A DNA stretch of 64,000 nucleotides, from contig JASTWF010000332.1 of assembly GCA_030390025.1 (NCBI GenBank), forward strand, positions 124,001-188,000, read 5' to 3'. The notes under the pieces are model-generated. The model did not search any database and was not told the DNA's origin. It worked only from the letters and a program-made list of their open reading frames with translations. This document shows, in pieces, positions 50,628 through 63,743 of this stretch; position 1 is the first letter of the stretch; every line of letters begins with the position of its first letter. The position numbers were made by a program, and so were the translations under genes. Origin of the DNA: Squalus acanthias. Taxonomy: Eukaryota.

Positions 50628-52720
50628 TCATAGAAAGATTATAGCACGGAAGGCGGCCATTCGGCCCGTCAAGCCCATGCAAGAGCGCCTCAGTTAGTCC
50701 CACTCCCCCGCCCTTTCCCCGTAGCCCTGCAATTTTTTTCCTTTCAGATACTTATCCAACTCCCTTTTGAAAGCCGTGATTGAGTCTGCCTCCAGCACCC
50801 TATCAGGCAGTGCATTCTAGATCTTAACCACTCGCTGTGTAAAAAGGTTTTTTTGTTATGTCGCCTTTGGTTCTTTTGCCAATCACCTTAAATCTGTGTC
50901 CTCTGGTTCTCGACCCCTCTGCCAATGGGAACAGTTTCTCTCTAACTACTCTGTTCAGACCCCTCATGATTTTGAACACCCCTATCAAATCTCCTCTCAA
51001 TCTGCTCTGCTCTCAGGAGAACAACCCCAGCTTCTCCAGTCTATCACATAACTGAAGTCCCTTATCCCTGGAATCATTCTCGTAAATCTTTTCTGCACCC
51101 TCTCGAAGGCCTTCACATTCTTCCTAAAGTGCGGTGCCCAGAATTGGACACAATACTCCAGTTGAGGCTGAACCAGTGTTTTATACAGGTTCATCATAAT
51201 TTCCACGCTTTTGTACTCTATACCTCTATTCAAGAAGCCCAGGATCCCGTAAGCTTTTTTAACTGCTTTCTCAACCTGCCCTGCCATGCCACCTTCAATG
51301 ATTTGTGTACATATACCCCTAGGTCTCTCTGTTCATGCACCCACTTTAGGATTATACCCTTTAGTTTATATTTCCTCTCCTCATTCTTTCTACCAAAATG
51401 TATCAATTCGCATTTTTCTGTGTTAAATTTAATCTGCCACGTGTCTGCCCATTCCACCAACCTGTCCATGTCCTCTTGAAGTCTATCACCATCTTCCTCA
51501 CTGTTCACTATACTTCCAAGTTTTGTGTCATCTACAAATTTTGAAATTGTGCCCTGTACACCCACATCTAAGTAATTAATATACATCAAGAAAAGCAGTG
51601 GTCCTAGAACCGACCCCTGGGGAACACCACTGTATACCTTCCTCCATCCGAAAAACAATCGTTCACCACTACTCTCTGTTTCCTGTCACTTAGCCAATTT
51701 CGTATCTAAGCTGCCACTGTCCCTTTTATTCCATGGGCTTCAGCTTTGCTGGCAAGCCTATTATATGGCACTTTGTCGAACTCCTTTTGGAAATCCATGT
51801 ACACTACATCAACCGCATTACCCTCATCAACCCTCTCTGTTACCTCATCAAAAAACTCGATCAAGTTGGTTAAACACGATTTGCCTTTAACAAATCCGTG
51901 CTGGCTTTCCTTAATTAATCCACACTTGTCCAAGTGACTGTTAATTTTGTCCCGCATTATTGTTACTTAAAAGCTTCCCCACTACCGAGGTTAAACTGAC
52001 CGGCCTATAGTTGCTGGGTTTATCTTTACACACTTTTTTGAACAAGGGTGTAACATTTGCAATTCTCCAGTCCTTTGGCACCACCCCCGTTTCTAAGAAT
52101 CAAAGGATATGGAGATCGGGCGGGAAAGTGGAGTTGAGGTCAATGATCAGCCATGATCTTATTGAATGGCGGAGCAGGCTCGAGGGGCCGTACGGCCTAC
52201 TCCTGCTTCTATTTATGTTCTTCAGGAGGATTGGAAGATTATGGCCAGTACCTCCACGATTTCTTCCTTCACTTCCCTCAGTGTCCTAGGATGCATCCCA
52301 TCCAGTCCTGGTGACTTATCTACTTTAAGTACAGCCAGCCTGTCTAGTACCTCCTCTATCAGTTTTTATCCCATCCAGTATCTCCTCTACCTCCTCTTTC
52401 ACTATGTCTATGGCAGCATCTTCTTCCTTGGTGAAGACAGATGCAAAGTACTCATTTAGTACCTCAGCCATACCCTCTGCCTCCATACGTAGGTCTCTTT
52501 TTTGGTCCCTAATCGGCCCCACCCCTCCTCTTACTACCTGTTTACTATTTATATGCCTATAGAAGACTTTTGAATTACCTTTTATGTTAGCTGCCATTCT
52601 ATTCTCATACCCTCTCTTTGCCCCTCTTATTTTCTTTTTCACTTCTCCTCTGAACTTTCTGTATTTAGACTGATTCTCAGATGTATTCTCGACCTGACAT
52701 CGGTCATACGCGTTCTTTTT
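50628..52720 (-). mobile_element. CR1 family A, 5'-truncated, with an opposite-strand family B tail inserted at about 52098-52223
   Basis: [24 protein letters not shown]; the insert is the reverse complement of 19055-19185. Confidence 0.95.
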
Positions 52721-54269
52721 CTGCTTACAAATGAGGTTACAAATGAAATCAATTCCACTGTCTATTGCTGTGCCCCCTGGGACACACCCTACATGTACTG
52801 TAACCTCAATCAGGCTCGAGCACTTGGTCATTGGCCACATCCTTGGAAACCAATGTTGAATCCTAAAAGAATGCTCTTTTGTCAAAACTGACTGTTTAAA
52901 AATGTGGATTCTTTCACAGTCCTGAGCCAGCACACCACTTCAGTCAGTAGCTTGGGGGACATTCAATTAACAATAGCAAAACGAATGATCTGGATCCAGA
53001 ATTTGGCTGTAATGCAATCCATGACAATCTCAGAGCGCAGAGGGTAAAACAGTAACTGGTGCATTGATATGGTACGAGAATCTGAAGAGTTCTCTTGCTT
53101 CAATAAGGATCCTCTTTTGTCCGACCCAAACTTGGAGTGTTTTAACAGCTGTAATTGTCCACCCCCCCCCCCCCCACAGTGAGAGGGCGAGGGTAGAGGA
53201 AGAGGGAGCGGGGAAGAGGGAGATGAGTGAGAGCGGGAAGGAGAGCGGGAAGGAGAGCACTGGCACAAACTAAAACTCTGTGCTTTTGAGTTAGAATGAT
53301 GTCCAAGTACGTGCACTCTTTTGTCCGAGTGGCCTTCAGTGGAAGCCAGGAAGGACGCACACTGGTAAGAATGGTCAGCCCTATACCAACTAAAAGCACG
53401 TGCTACCGCATTCAAATGACACTTAAGTATGTGTCGATGCTTGGCTTCACCTTGAGTGTATAACTGAGGCATGGCCTTAATGATCTGTATCTGGTAATCT
53501 ACCAACTAAAGAGCCACGGTTTGAAGATGGAGTCGAGTTAACAGCGCTAGCGCTGTATATGAATATCTTTTTAACATTACTTTTCATTCAGTCCTGGATT
53601 ACAGAGAATCCCAAATCAGGTTCCGATCAGAAGTGGACGACCATCCCCGCTATACAGCCTCGTATCACCCAAAACCCCCACCCCGGTGTTACTGTCGATA
53701 GGGACTGAGAAAGAGACTCGGTACAAATGAAATTAATAAAACAAAGACAAGGTTTTATAGATCTGTGAAATATCACCAAAAAAACCCTCAGGTGAAGCTG
53801 TAAAAAAATATCTAGCTACCTGGAGGAGTTTGAGATAATCAAGAGTGACTCAAGCCCAGAGTGGGAGCATTAGAGAAGGCAACTCCAATTTAATTTACAA
53901 AGTTGCTTGTTTAGTGGGCAATATCAGGAAGATCAATGATGTAAGGGAGAGGATGTAATCACTTATGAGAGCAATAATCACATGATTAAGGCTTAGGTAT
54001 CAACGCTTAATGTTCTTAAACAAATTATGGGATGATATCCTCTAAGCAAATACTAAACATCTAATCTAATGTATAATTTGACATCGGAACTTCAATTACA
54101 CCGGTATGTATTACACGGCCTGTAATACAATTGCATAAAAATACATATTGAAGTCAAATATAACAAATTTCTGTGTTGAACTCATCCATCCTCTTTATTT
54201 GAGGCTCTATAATTATAGACCTGGACTGTATCTCGACAAGCCAAGTTCAGCAATAGCAGGGCAACAGAT

Positions 54270-54520
54270 GGAGAGAGAGCGCATGAGAGAGAGAGAGGAG
54301 AGAGGAGAGGAGAGAGGAGAGAGGAGAGAGGAGAGAGGAGAGAGGAGAGAGGAGAGAGGAGAGAGGAGAGAGCGGGAGAGCGGGAGAGTGTGCGGGGTGA
54401 GGAGTGTGCGGGGTGAGGTGGGGAGGGGAGTGTGCGGGGTGAGGTGGGGAGGGGAGTGTGCGGGGTGAGGTGGGGAGGGGAGTGTGCGGGGTGAGGTGTG
54501 CGGGGTGAGGTGGGGAGGGG
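54270..54520. repeat. (GGAGAGA)n followed by a 26-bp G-rich minisatellite
   Basis: GGGGAGTGTGCGGGGTGAGGTGGGGA units. Confidence 0.9.
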
Positions 54521-55359
54521 ACCACAGACTGTGAGCAGCCACTGAACACTCTGACAGAAGCCTCTTGATAGTTGCAGGGCAGATTTCTTCTGCTTGTTGT
54601 ATTCACAATCTCACTAGCACAGTATGCCCGGGGGAATCTCTCTTTCCGGATAATGTGACACTGCTCACTCCCAGAAAGCAGGAACTGGAAGAAAAGGTCA
54701 TCGACCTTCTAAATGTGTCCCCAGAAGCCATTTGTTCAAATATGGAGGGCCAAAGGTCCTTTCTGTGCCCAAGGACAGCATCAGGTGCAGGTGTTCCTGT
54801 GCTGTTGCCAAGAAGTGTCCTTACATGAAGCCAGTTTAGTCAGTATGAAGTAGGCCAAGTACAGTTTTGGCCAATATTACTCAAATTGTGGCTGAGGAGG
54901 AATATAGGCCTTTAGGAAAGGGGTTCTCAACCTTTTGGCTTCTGAGGCCCCCCCCCCCTCCCATGTTACAAAAATTCCACGGATCCCCTGTGGGGGTCGG
55001 GCGGGGGGTTCATCTCACATTGTTGCCATTAGCAACTGTCAAAGTTCAATAGGCCTCAGTCCCTCAATGCAAACAGTGATAACTTTCCACCCACTTTACG
55101 GCGCCTGGAGGCCCTCGCGTCCAGGCCCCAGGCATCACTCAGATCTTCAATGCACTCGAAGGTGTCCTTGGACTGAAAAGGGTTGAAAAAATGGCAACGC
55201 GTTTTCCAGCACCACCACGTTGTTCACCTGTACCTTTGCCATGGCTCCAACAGGGTGACTGTTTTTTTTCCATCTCAGGCTCACCCGTGACGATTTAAAA
55301 CAGAGAACAAGGCCCCGGGCTGGCTTGGCAGAGTGTGACGGCCCTCAAGTCTTTGCTTT

Positions 55360-55812
55360 CCGTGGCTCAGTTGGTAGCACCCTTGCCTCAGAGTCAGAAG
55401 TTTGTGGGTTCAAGTCCCACTCCAGAGACTTGCTGACACTCCAGTGCAGTACTGAGGGAGTGCTGCACTGTCGGGAGTGCTGCACTGTCGGAAGTGCCGC
55501 CTTCAGATGAGACATTAAACCGAGGCCCCATCTGCTCTCTCAGGTGGACGTAAAAGATCCTACGGCACTATTTCAAAGAGGAGCAGGGGAGTTATCCCCG
55601 GTGTCCTGGCCAATATTTATCCCTCAATCAACATCACAAACAGATTATCTGGTCATTATCACATTTGTTGGATCTTGCTGTGTGCAAATTGGCTGCCGCG
55701 TTTCCTACATTACAACAGTGACCACACTTCAAAAAGTACTTTACTGGCTGTAAAGCGCTTTGGGACGTCCGGTGGTCGTGAAAGGCGCTATATAAATGCA
55801 AGTCTTTCTTTT
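55360..55812 (+). mobile_element. DeuSINE with an internal tandem duplication of GGAGTGCTGCACTGTCG
   Basis: Head, core and tail intact. Confidence 0.88.
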
Positions 55813-55939
55813 CTTGCAGAAGCTCCGGCCCATCCTCCTCCTCCACCTGCCGCTCTTGATTGGTTTGCAGAGCGGCCACAGGCAGCGTGTGCCTCTACCT
55901 CCACCGATGACCCGGGGTGCCCAGGCCCGGCTGCTGACC

Positions 55940-55963
55940 TCCCCAGAGGGCGCCACCTGCAGG
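55940..55963. promoter_or_regulatory. Two overlapping, opposite-strand CTCF-like motifs
   Basis: TCCCCAGAGGGCGC (+) and CCTGCAGGTGGCGC (-). Confidence 0.4.
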
Positions 55964-56869
55964 CAGCAACAGTGAGGCGGGTCTACCCGAAGCCACCTGC
56001 TAAAACAAGTCGATTTTCTGTGGCGTGGACCCCTTGAAATCTTCTTGCGGACCCCCGGTTGAGAACCTCCGCTTTGGATACATACAGTCTGCTCCCAGAG
56101 ACCATGTGTAAATTCCAGTAAAAAACACAAAATAATTGGGAGTGGGGGGGGGGGGGGGGGGGGAAGATAACTCAGCCAATCCACATACGGGGGCCAACCA
56201 ATTCAGGTTAGCTAAAAGGTTATGTAAATCCAGGCATTCTTTAGGTTATCAATGTAATTCTTTCACCCCCAGAATAGTCATCAGCACAAAGAAACTTCTC
56301 CAGTTTAATCACTGGTTAAAATTCAGCTTTCAATGATATCTTCTTGAGCCAAAGAAATAAGTTCCTTACATATTTTGGCCAGCAGCAGTAAGTGGGGTGA
56401 CGTCAGACAACATAAGGCTGTCAAGGGGCTCTGTAAAGCAACAAATGGCTCTTCGCAATCGGTGGGAAATGTCGACTGGAGTTTTGCCTTGGGTGGATAG
56501 AATTCTAAAATAAAGTGCTACTAGGAACTGCATGGTAAATTCCCCAATCTGGTGGGAAGCCATATTCAAAGGAAGTACAGGCCAGAGAATCAGTAGTGAT
56601 AGGCATGGTACTTGCATGTTATTAAGTGAACACTAGATGGCTCCCTAATGGGAGTAAGCACATTGTAGCAGCTACATTCGAAGGACTCTCTTGTCTTACT
56701 TTTGCTATTGTTTGTCCGGAGTGATTATCTGCACAAACACTTTTGTGACCTTCAGCGCATGCGTGTGGTATCCCGGAGCCATGCATGCACACTACCTAAC
56801 AGTTGCGGCCTGCAGCGTGGGCCACGCTTTCCTCGGCTCCGTGGGAGAAGGTCACTGGATCCGTTGGTG

Positions 56870-57623
56870 GCTGGGGGGTGGGAAGAGAGAGGCTCGAAGG
56901 GGGAGAGGGGGAGAGAGACGGGATCGGGGGGGGGGGGGGGGGGGGAAAGAGAAGGGATCGGGGGAGGGGGGAAAAGAGAAGGGATCGGGGGGGGGGGGGG
57001 GGGGGGGGAAGGAGAAGGGATGGGGGGGAGAAAAGAGAAGGGATCGGGGGGGGGGGAAAAGGAGAAGGGATCGGGGGGGGAGAAAAGAGAAGGATCGGGG
57101 GGGCGGGGGGGGGAAGGAGAAGGGATCGGGGGTGGAGAAAAGAGAAGGGATCGGGGGGGCGGGGGGGCGGGCGGGGGGGGGGAGGGAAGAGAAGGGATCG
57201 GGGGGGAAGAGAAGGGATCGGGGGGGGAAGAGAAGGGATCGGGGGGGGAAGAGAAGGGATGGGGGGGGGGAGAGAAGGGATGGGGGGGGGGGAAGATCGG
57301 GGGGGGAGAAAAGAGAAGGGATCGGGGGGGCGGGGGGGGGGAAGGAGAAGGGATCGGGGGTGGAGAAAAGAGAAGGGATGGGGGGGGGGGGGGAGGGGGA
57401 GGGAAGAGAAGGGATTGGGGGGGGAAGAGAAGGGATCGGGGGGGGAAGAGAAGGGATGGGGGGGGGGGGAAGAGAAGGGATCGGGGGGGGGGGGGAAGAG
57501 AAGGGATCGGGGGGGGGGGAAGAGAAGGGATCGGGGGGGGGGGAAGAGAAGGGATCGGGGGGGAAGAGAAGGGATCGGGGGGGAAGAGAAGGGATCGGGG
57601 GGGGCGGGGAGAGAAAGGATCGG

Positions 57624-57658
<35 letters not shown>

Positions 57659-57669
57659 GATCGGGGGGG

Positions 57670-57700
<31 letters not shown>

Positions 57701-57960
57701 GATCGGGGGGGAAGAGAGAGAAGGGATGGGGGGGGAGAGAGAGAGAGAGAAGGGATCGAGGGGGGGAGAGGAGGAGATCGGAGCGGGAGAGAAGGAGATC
57801 GGAGCGGGAGAGAGAGCGCGTGAGAGACAGGTGAGAGAGAGGGGGGGGGGGGGAAGAGAGAGAGAGAGCGCTGATCGAAGGAGGGGAGGGGAGAAGAGTT
57901 CAGATGGAGGTGGGGGTGCAGAAGTACAGGAACCTTGGGGGGGGGGGGGGTGGGAAAGAG
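56870..57960. repeat. Purine-rich minisatellite (Gn AAGAGAAGGGATC)n with GA tracts
   Basis: Dozens of units with variable G runs. Confidence 0.95.
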
Positions 57961-58973
57961 GAGGAAGGTAGTCAGGAACCCGAGCGGGGGGATGGTGTGG
58001 ATGGTTATGAACTTGTTAGGGGGTGTGGGGCGAAAATAGAGCAGGAACTTGTTTGGGGGGTGGGAGAAGGTCTTAACCCGCGAGGGTGAGTCCTGTCTGT
58101 TGAATGTGAGCTCTGTTCCGTCTGGATCCTGGCAGTCAGAATGGCTCAAGTTACACTTTGCAAAGTAAGTGATTATGTAGGCAGGTAGGATCTAATTACA
58201 CATTCCAGAGAAAATGCTGGGTGTGTCTTGTCCTCCAATGGGACCAATCAGAAATCTGGTGTTGGAAATAAACGTGACCTTGTTTGTCTGCAAGATTCTA
58301 TCGGCAGTTATTACCACACCGATTTGAGTGTTTATTCAGACATGACCGATGTCACGGTGTCATAGCCCTGTCTCCGTCCCATGCTCTCTCCAAGCGTAGC
58401 CTTCGACTGGGAGCATGGGAGCAGTGAGTTTGCCCTTCTATTCTTTACAGCTGAATTGTGTGCGCATTACATACAAATTGTCCGAAACATAGGCAAGGCC
58501 ACTGGCTTGCAGTTTCCACAGAATAAAATCACAAAATACAATCCCAAGAATAAAAAGAGAGAAATTGATGCTTTCAGTCACCATAAACCAGGGGGCTTAA
58601 TTCTAAATAGACAAAATCATGGAATGTAATTGCCAGGGAATTTTCTGCAGAAACACTCTCTGGTCCCTAACCAAACAAAACTCCAGAATATACATCTTTA
58701 AAATTAAGAGGTTATAACAATCAGGAAAGATTGAACACGCTGAGGCTCTTTTCTCTGGGAAAGAGAAGGCTGAGGGGTGACCTAATAGAGGTCTTTAAAA
58801 TTATGAAGGGGTTTGATAGGGTAGATGTAGAGAAGATATTTCCACTTGTAAGGGAGTCCAAAACTAGGGGCCATAAATATAAGAAAATCACTAATAAAAT
58901 CCAATGAGGAATTCAAGACAAATTGCTTTACCCAGAGAGTGGTTATAATGTTGAACTTGCTACTACATGGATA

Positions 58974-60785
58974 AAGAAAAGGACTTGTAATTATATAGCA
59001 TCTTTCATGACCTCAAGATGTCCTAAAGCACTTTACATCCAATTAAGTACTTTTGAAGTGTAGTCACTGTTGTAATGTAGGAAACTGTCAACCGTGAGGG
59101 ATTATGGAGTGTCCTCCGCAAATTCGGCTGTCCTCAAAAGTTTGTCACCATCCTCCGCCAGCTTCACGATGACATGCAAGCCGTGATCCTGACCAACGGT
59201 TCCACCACAGATCCAATTCACGTACGAACCGGGGTCAAGCAAGGCTGTGTCATCGCACCAACGCTCTTCTCGATCTTCCTTGCTGCAATGCTCCATCTCA
59301 CCCTCAGTAAGCTCCCCGCTGGATGGAGCTAATTTACAGAACAAACGGGAAACTGTTCAACCTCCGTCGCCTCCAGTCCAGATCCAAGGTCGTCCCATCC
59401 TCTGTCGTCGAATTACCGTATGCAGACGACGTTTGCGTCTGCGCTCACTCGGAGGTCGAACTCCAAACCATCGTCAACACCTTCACCGAAGCGTACGAGA
59501 GCATGGGCCTTACACTAAACATCCATAAGACAAAAGGTCCTCTACCAACCTGCCCCCGCCACACAGTACTGCCCCCTGATTATCAAAATCCACAACAAGG
59601 CCTTGGACAACGTGGACCACTTTCCATACCTCGGGAGCCTACTGTCAACAAGGGCAGACGTCGACGACGAAGTCCAACACCGCCTTCAGTGTGCCAGTGC
59701 AGCCTTCGGTCGCCTGAGGAAGAGAGTATTTGAAGACCAAGACCTCAAACCCGGCACTAAGCTCATGGTCTACAGAGCAGCAGTGATACCCGCCCTGCTG
59801 TATGCCTCAGAGACATGGACCATGTACAGCAGGCACCTCAAAGCACTGGAGAGGTACCACCAACGCTGCCTCTGCAAGATCCTGCAAATCCATTGGCAGG
59901 ATAGGCGCACCAACGTCAGTGTTCTTGCTCAGGCCAACATCCCCAGCATCGAAGCTTTGACCACGCTTGATCAGCTCCGATGGACGGGTCACATCGTCCG
60001 CATGCCCGATACGAGACTCCCAAAACAAGCGCTCTACTCGGAGCTCCGGCATGGCAAGAGAGCCCCAGGTGGGCAGAGGAAACGCTTCAAAGACACCCTC
60101 AAAGCCTCCTTGAAAAAGTGTAACATCCCCACCGACACCTGGGAATCCCTGGCCCAAGACCGCACAAAGTGGAGGAGATGCATCCGGGAAGGCGCCGAAC
60201 ACCTCGAGTCTCTTTGCCGGGAGCAAGCGGAAGCCAAGCGCAGGCAGCGCAAGGAGCGCACATCAACCCAAGCACCCCACCCACCCGTCCCTTCAACCAC
60301 CGTCTGCCCCACCTGTGACAGAGACTGTAAGTCCCGCATTGGACTCATCAGTCACCTGCGAACTCATTTTTTAATGTGGAAGCAAGTCATCCTCGGTTCC
60401 GAGGGACTGCCTAAGAAGAAGAAGTAGGAAACGCAGCAGCCAATTTGCTCACAGCAAAGCTCCACAAACAGCAATGAGATAATGACCAGATAATCTGTTT
60501 TTCAGTGATATTGATTGAGAAATAAATATTGGCCAGGACACCAGGGAAAACTACCCTGCACTTCTTTGAAATAGTGCCATGGGATCTTGTACATCCACCC
60601 GAGAGCGCAGACGGGGCCTCGGTTTAAAGACTGATCTGAAAGACGGCGCCTCCGACAGTGCAGCACCCCCTCAGTACCGCACTGGAGAATCAGCCTAGAT
60701 TTTGCACTCAGGTCTCTGGAGTGGGACTTGAACCACAACTTTCTGACTCAGAGGCGAGTGTGCTACCACCTGAGCCACCACAGCC
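58974..60785 (-). mobile_element. DeuSINE split by an RTE insertion
   Basis: Tail 58974-59085 and body/head 60424-60785. Confidence 0.85.
59086..60423 (+). mobile_element. RTE-clade LINE, 5'-truncated, young
   Basis: GVKQGCVIAP, YADD, FPYLGS, LLYASETW, LRWTGHIVRM, C-terminal CPTC...HLRTH; (AAG)n tail; 9-bp TSD GTAGGAAAC. Confidence 0.95.
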
Positions 60786-62134
60786 AACACTACAATAGAG
60801 TAATTGAGATGAATAGCATAGATGCATTTAAGAGGAAGCTGGACAAGTACAGGCAGGAGAAAGGAATAGAAGGATCTGCTAATAGGATTAGATGAAGTAG
60901 GGTGGGAGGAGGCTCGTGTGGAGCATAAACACCGGCATAGACCAGTTGGGCCAAATGGCCTGTTTCTGTGCTGTAAATTCGATGTAACTATGGCCTGCTG
61001 ACTTCCAGACAACCACCCTCCCCCACAGCAGAACAGGAATTCCTGTGGAATATTTGATCACCTCACTCAATACTAATCCCTACAGCCTCGGATAATCTTG
61101 AAATAAAGAAAGCTGTGCAATGATGAAGGATTTGTTTGGCTCTCCATGTTACTGCTTATATTGGGAAATAGCTGTGTGCTCCTGATTGGTTAGTCAGTGC
61201 CATAGCGTGGGCACTCAAGTGCCAAGTGCCTGGACTTGCAAGATGCCAATTAAACCCATGGCACATGGTGGTGAAGTCAACATCAGAGCCCACTGGAAAG
61301 CCTGGCTCAGTTCCATTTAGGCCCTCGGCCCCAGCACGATACATTCACGTACCCAATTATCCGTGGTTCAAAAGGAGCCAGTTTTACATTTATTTCAAAT
61401 AAAATGTATATATTTTCTCCCCCCAACAGTTCAGAAATCTAAGCTTTTTTAAAAAAAAAAAATACTTTTTTTGACCGATTTCTACGGACAAAGTTTTCAA
61501 CTTGGAGCTTATTCTTCAGGGTGTTTGTCATGTTAGCTGGAGCCTCTCAACGTGTTCCGAGATTTAAATGTATTTGAGAAATTCTTGAGTGCGAGCCAGC
61601 CATATTCTTTGATCTTACTCGACCGTGCACTGATCTGGTGATAATTGCCATTCCAGTGTGTTTTATTTTAACAGAGAGCTGATTAAAGGGCGATGCACAG
61701 CTGAATGCTTTAATCAACTCGAGGTCTCTGACTCAACCATAAAGCTCACTGAAACGTGTCTTACCATTCGTGGATAATCCTGGGTTGAGAAATCCAAGCT
61801 TTGACCGTACATTAACCCTTTCCATTCCCGCCCACTGGGTTGGCCATTTTGTGCAATCTATCTACAAATATAGATTAAAGTGCAGCAGTGACCCAATAAT
61901 ACATGAAGGTGGATATACAGCATATTTGAGCATGTTATGCTGAAATGTTAAAGCATTAAATTTCAGAATGTTCCAATAGTGCCATAGAGCATTTGTGAAC
62001 TCGTGCCATGGTCGCCAAAAACCTACAGGTCAGTAATGAATTAAACCATAGAACATAAAGCCTGAAATGTGTTGGTTCTCCTGCATCATAAGTAAAGAAA
62101 TCAAAAATGAGATCTCGTAAAATGATGTCTTCAT

Positions 62135-62594
62135 GTGTCAGCTGTATCTCAATTGGTAGCACTCTCGCCTCTGAGTCAGAAGGTTGTGGGTTCAAGTCCC
62201 ACTCCATGGACTTGAGCACAAAAATCTAGGCCGAAACTCCAGTGCAGTACTGAGGGAGTGCTGCACTGTCAGAGGTGCTGTCTTTCGGATGAGATCGCGG
62301 CCCCATCTGCTCTCTCAGGTAGACATAAAAGATCCCATGGCACTGTTTCGAAGAAGAGCAGGGGAGTTTTCCCCGGTGTCCTGGACAATATTTATCCCTC
62401 AACCAACATCACTAAAATAGATTATCTGGTCATTATCACATTGCTGTTTGTGGGAGCTTACTGTGCGCAAATTGGCTGCCGCGTTTCCTACATTACAACA
62501 GTGACTACATTCCAAAAAGTACTTAATTGGCTGTAAAGTGCTTTGGGACGTCCGGTGGTCGTGAAAGGCGCTATATAAATGCAAGTCTTTCTTT
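62135..62594 (+). mobile_element. DeuSINE, full length
   Basis: Head with GGTTCAAGTCCC B-box, Deu core, L2-type tail. Confidence 0.9.
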
Positions 62595-63743
62595 CTATAT
62601 GCGGCACATCATGGCTGACAAAATGTGCACGGCACTGCACGAGGACAGGATATAACCACTCAATCCACCTTCCAGATCCATGGCAACAGCCAAAAGGAGC
62701 TTGGCTTACAAACCCCAGGGTCTCGGTATAATCAAGACACGAGAAATGATTGGTTTTCACCAGACGGCTGCCTTCTTATCCTGTGTTGGAGGCTACATCA
62801 TCAATCATATAATAATCAACAACAATCACATAAAATAAAGCTGCAGAACGTGTCAATGGTCTATTCTCAACAGGCGTGGAGAATCTGATGTGACCTTAAA
62901 TTGAATGGCAGATGTGACAGTGACAGAACTTTCTTAGTGACACATCTGTCAGCTGAAGGAACAGACAAGGTGCTTTGGTTTGTAAATATGCCACGCTGTG
63001 CTTTGCTTCACTGTAAAGCAGGTTGTGCTTGATCTGTAATTATGCTGCAAACAGAGGCAGCCCCAACTCTAGGGACAGTGTTGTAACACAAAGGCGGCAG
63101 CGCTAGTACCTGCGCCAGCCCAAAGACCTAGTGCAGGAGGCTGGTTACACACACACACACTCTGCAGGAAGTGATGCGAGTCCGGGCAGCGGAATTAATT
63201 GGCCATTGCCAGTTGCCGCGGGCCACCGGATTTTCCAGCTGGGGCCGGGCTGACGAGCTTTTAGTTTTCCAGGCCTGCGTGGACCTTCCGCCCCAGTCAG
63301 TCACAATTGCAGCTTCAAAGGACGGCACGCGTCTAATGTACACAGGGCAGATTGAACAGCACTGGGCACCTCAGCCAAATGCTTCACGTGGAAATGGTTC
63401 CAGTGATATATTAAAAACAGGGGCAATTTAGCTCCCATGCACTCAGCCAGAATAGGAAGGTGATTTTCTGAATGGAACAGTATGAATTAAGTGTGTCTGC
63501 TGTGTTTGAATGGTCTGATCTGGTTCGAAGAGGAACGGAGTGTACAGCGGTGAAGACATTCGCTTCACACACTCAGGTACTGGTCACAGAGCAGCCAGGC
63601 ACTCAAGCCACAAGATGATTTATTTTTAAACGACGGCGCCCATTTAGTTTGGACAATGGGAGATCGCCATTCCTGCACCAGCTGCCTACATTTACAGTGC
63701 TAAAATTGGTCCCTAATTCTGATGGTTGTACACCCGCATCCTC

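Larger units (their letters stand above)
54918..56071. mobile_element. Possible hAT-Charlie-like non-autonomous element containing a DeuSINE
   Basis: TIRs AAGGGGTTCTCAACC...GGTTGAGAACCTCCG; flanks CTTTAGGA/CTTTGGAT. Confidence 0.55.
58700..60990 (+). mobile_element. CR1 family C fragment split by a SINE and an RTE (58700-58972 and 60790-60990)
   Basis: The two halves are colinear with 13399-13795. Confidence 0.8.

Noticed and set aside
52963..53505. 180-aa minus-strand ORF
   Set aside because: It spans low-complexity G/A tracts and has no domain signature.
54565..54828. 87-aa ORF in unique sequence
   Set aside because: No recognisable homology or clear splice structure.
56691..58149. Long ORFs of 343-465 aa (Gly/Arg/Glu- or Pro-rich)
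   Set aside because: They are translations of the purine minisatellite, open in several frames only because stop codons are absent.
58340..58430. Possible exon (TTATTCAG acceptor, GTGAGT donor)
   Set aside because: The one open frame gives no recognisable peptide and there are no supporting neighbouring exons.
62135..62215. tRNA gene
   Set aside because: The A/B-box-like sequence is the SINE head and continues into the SINE body.
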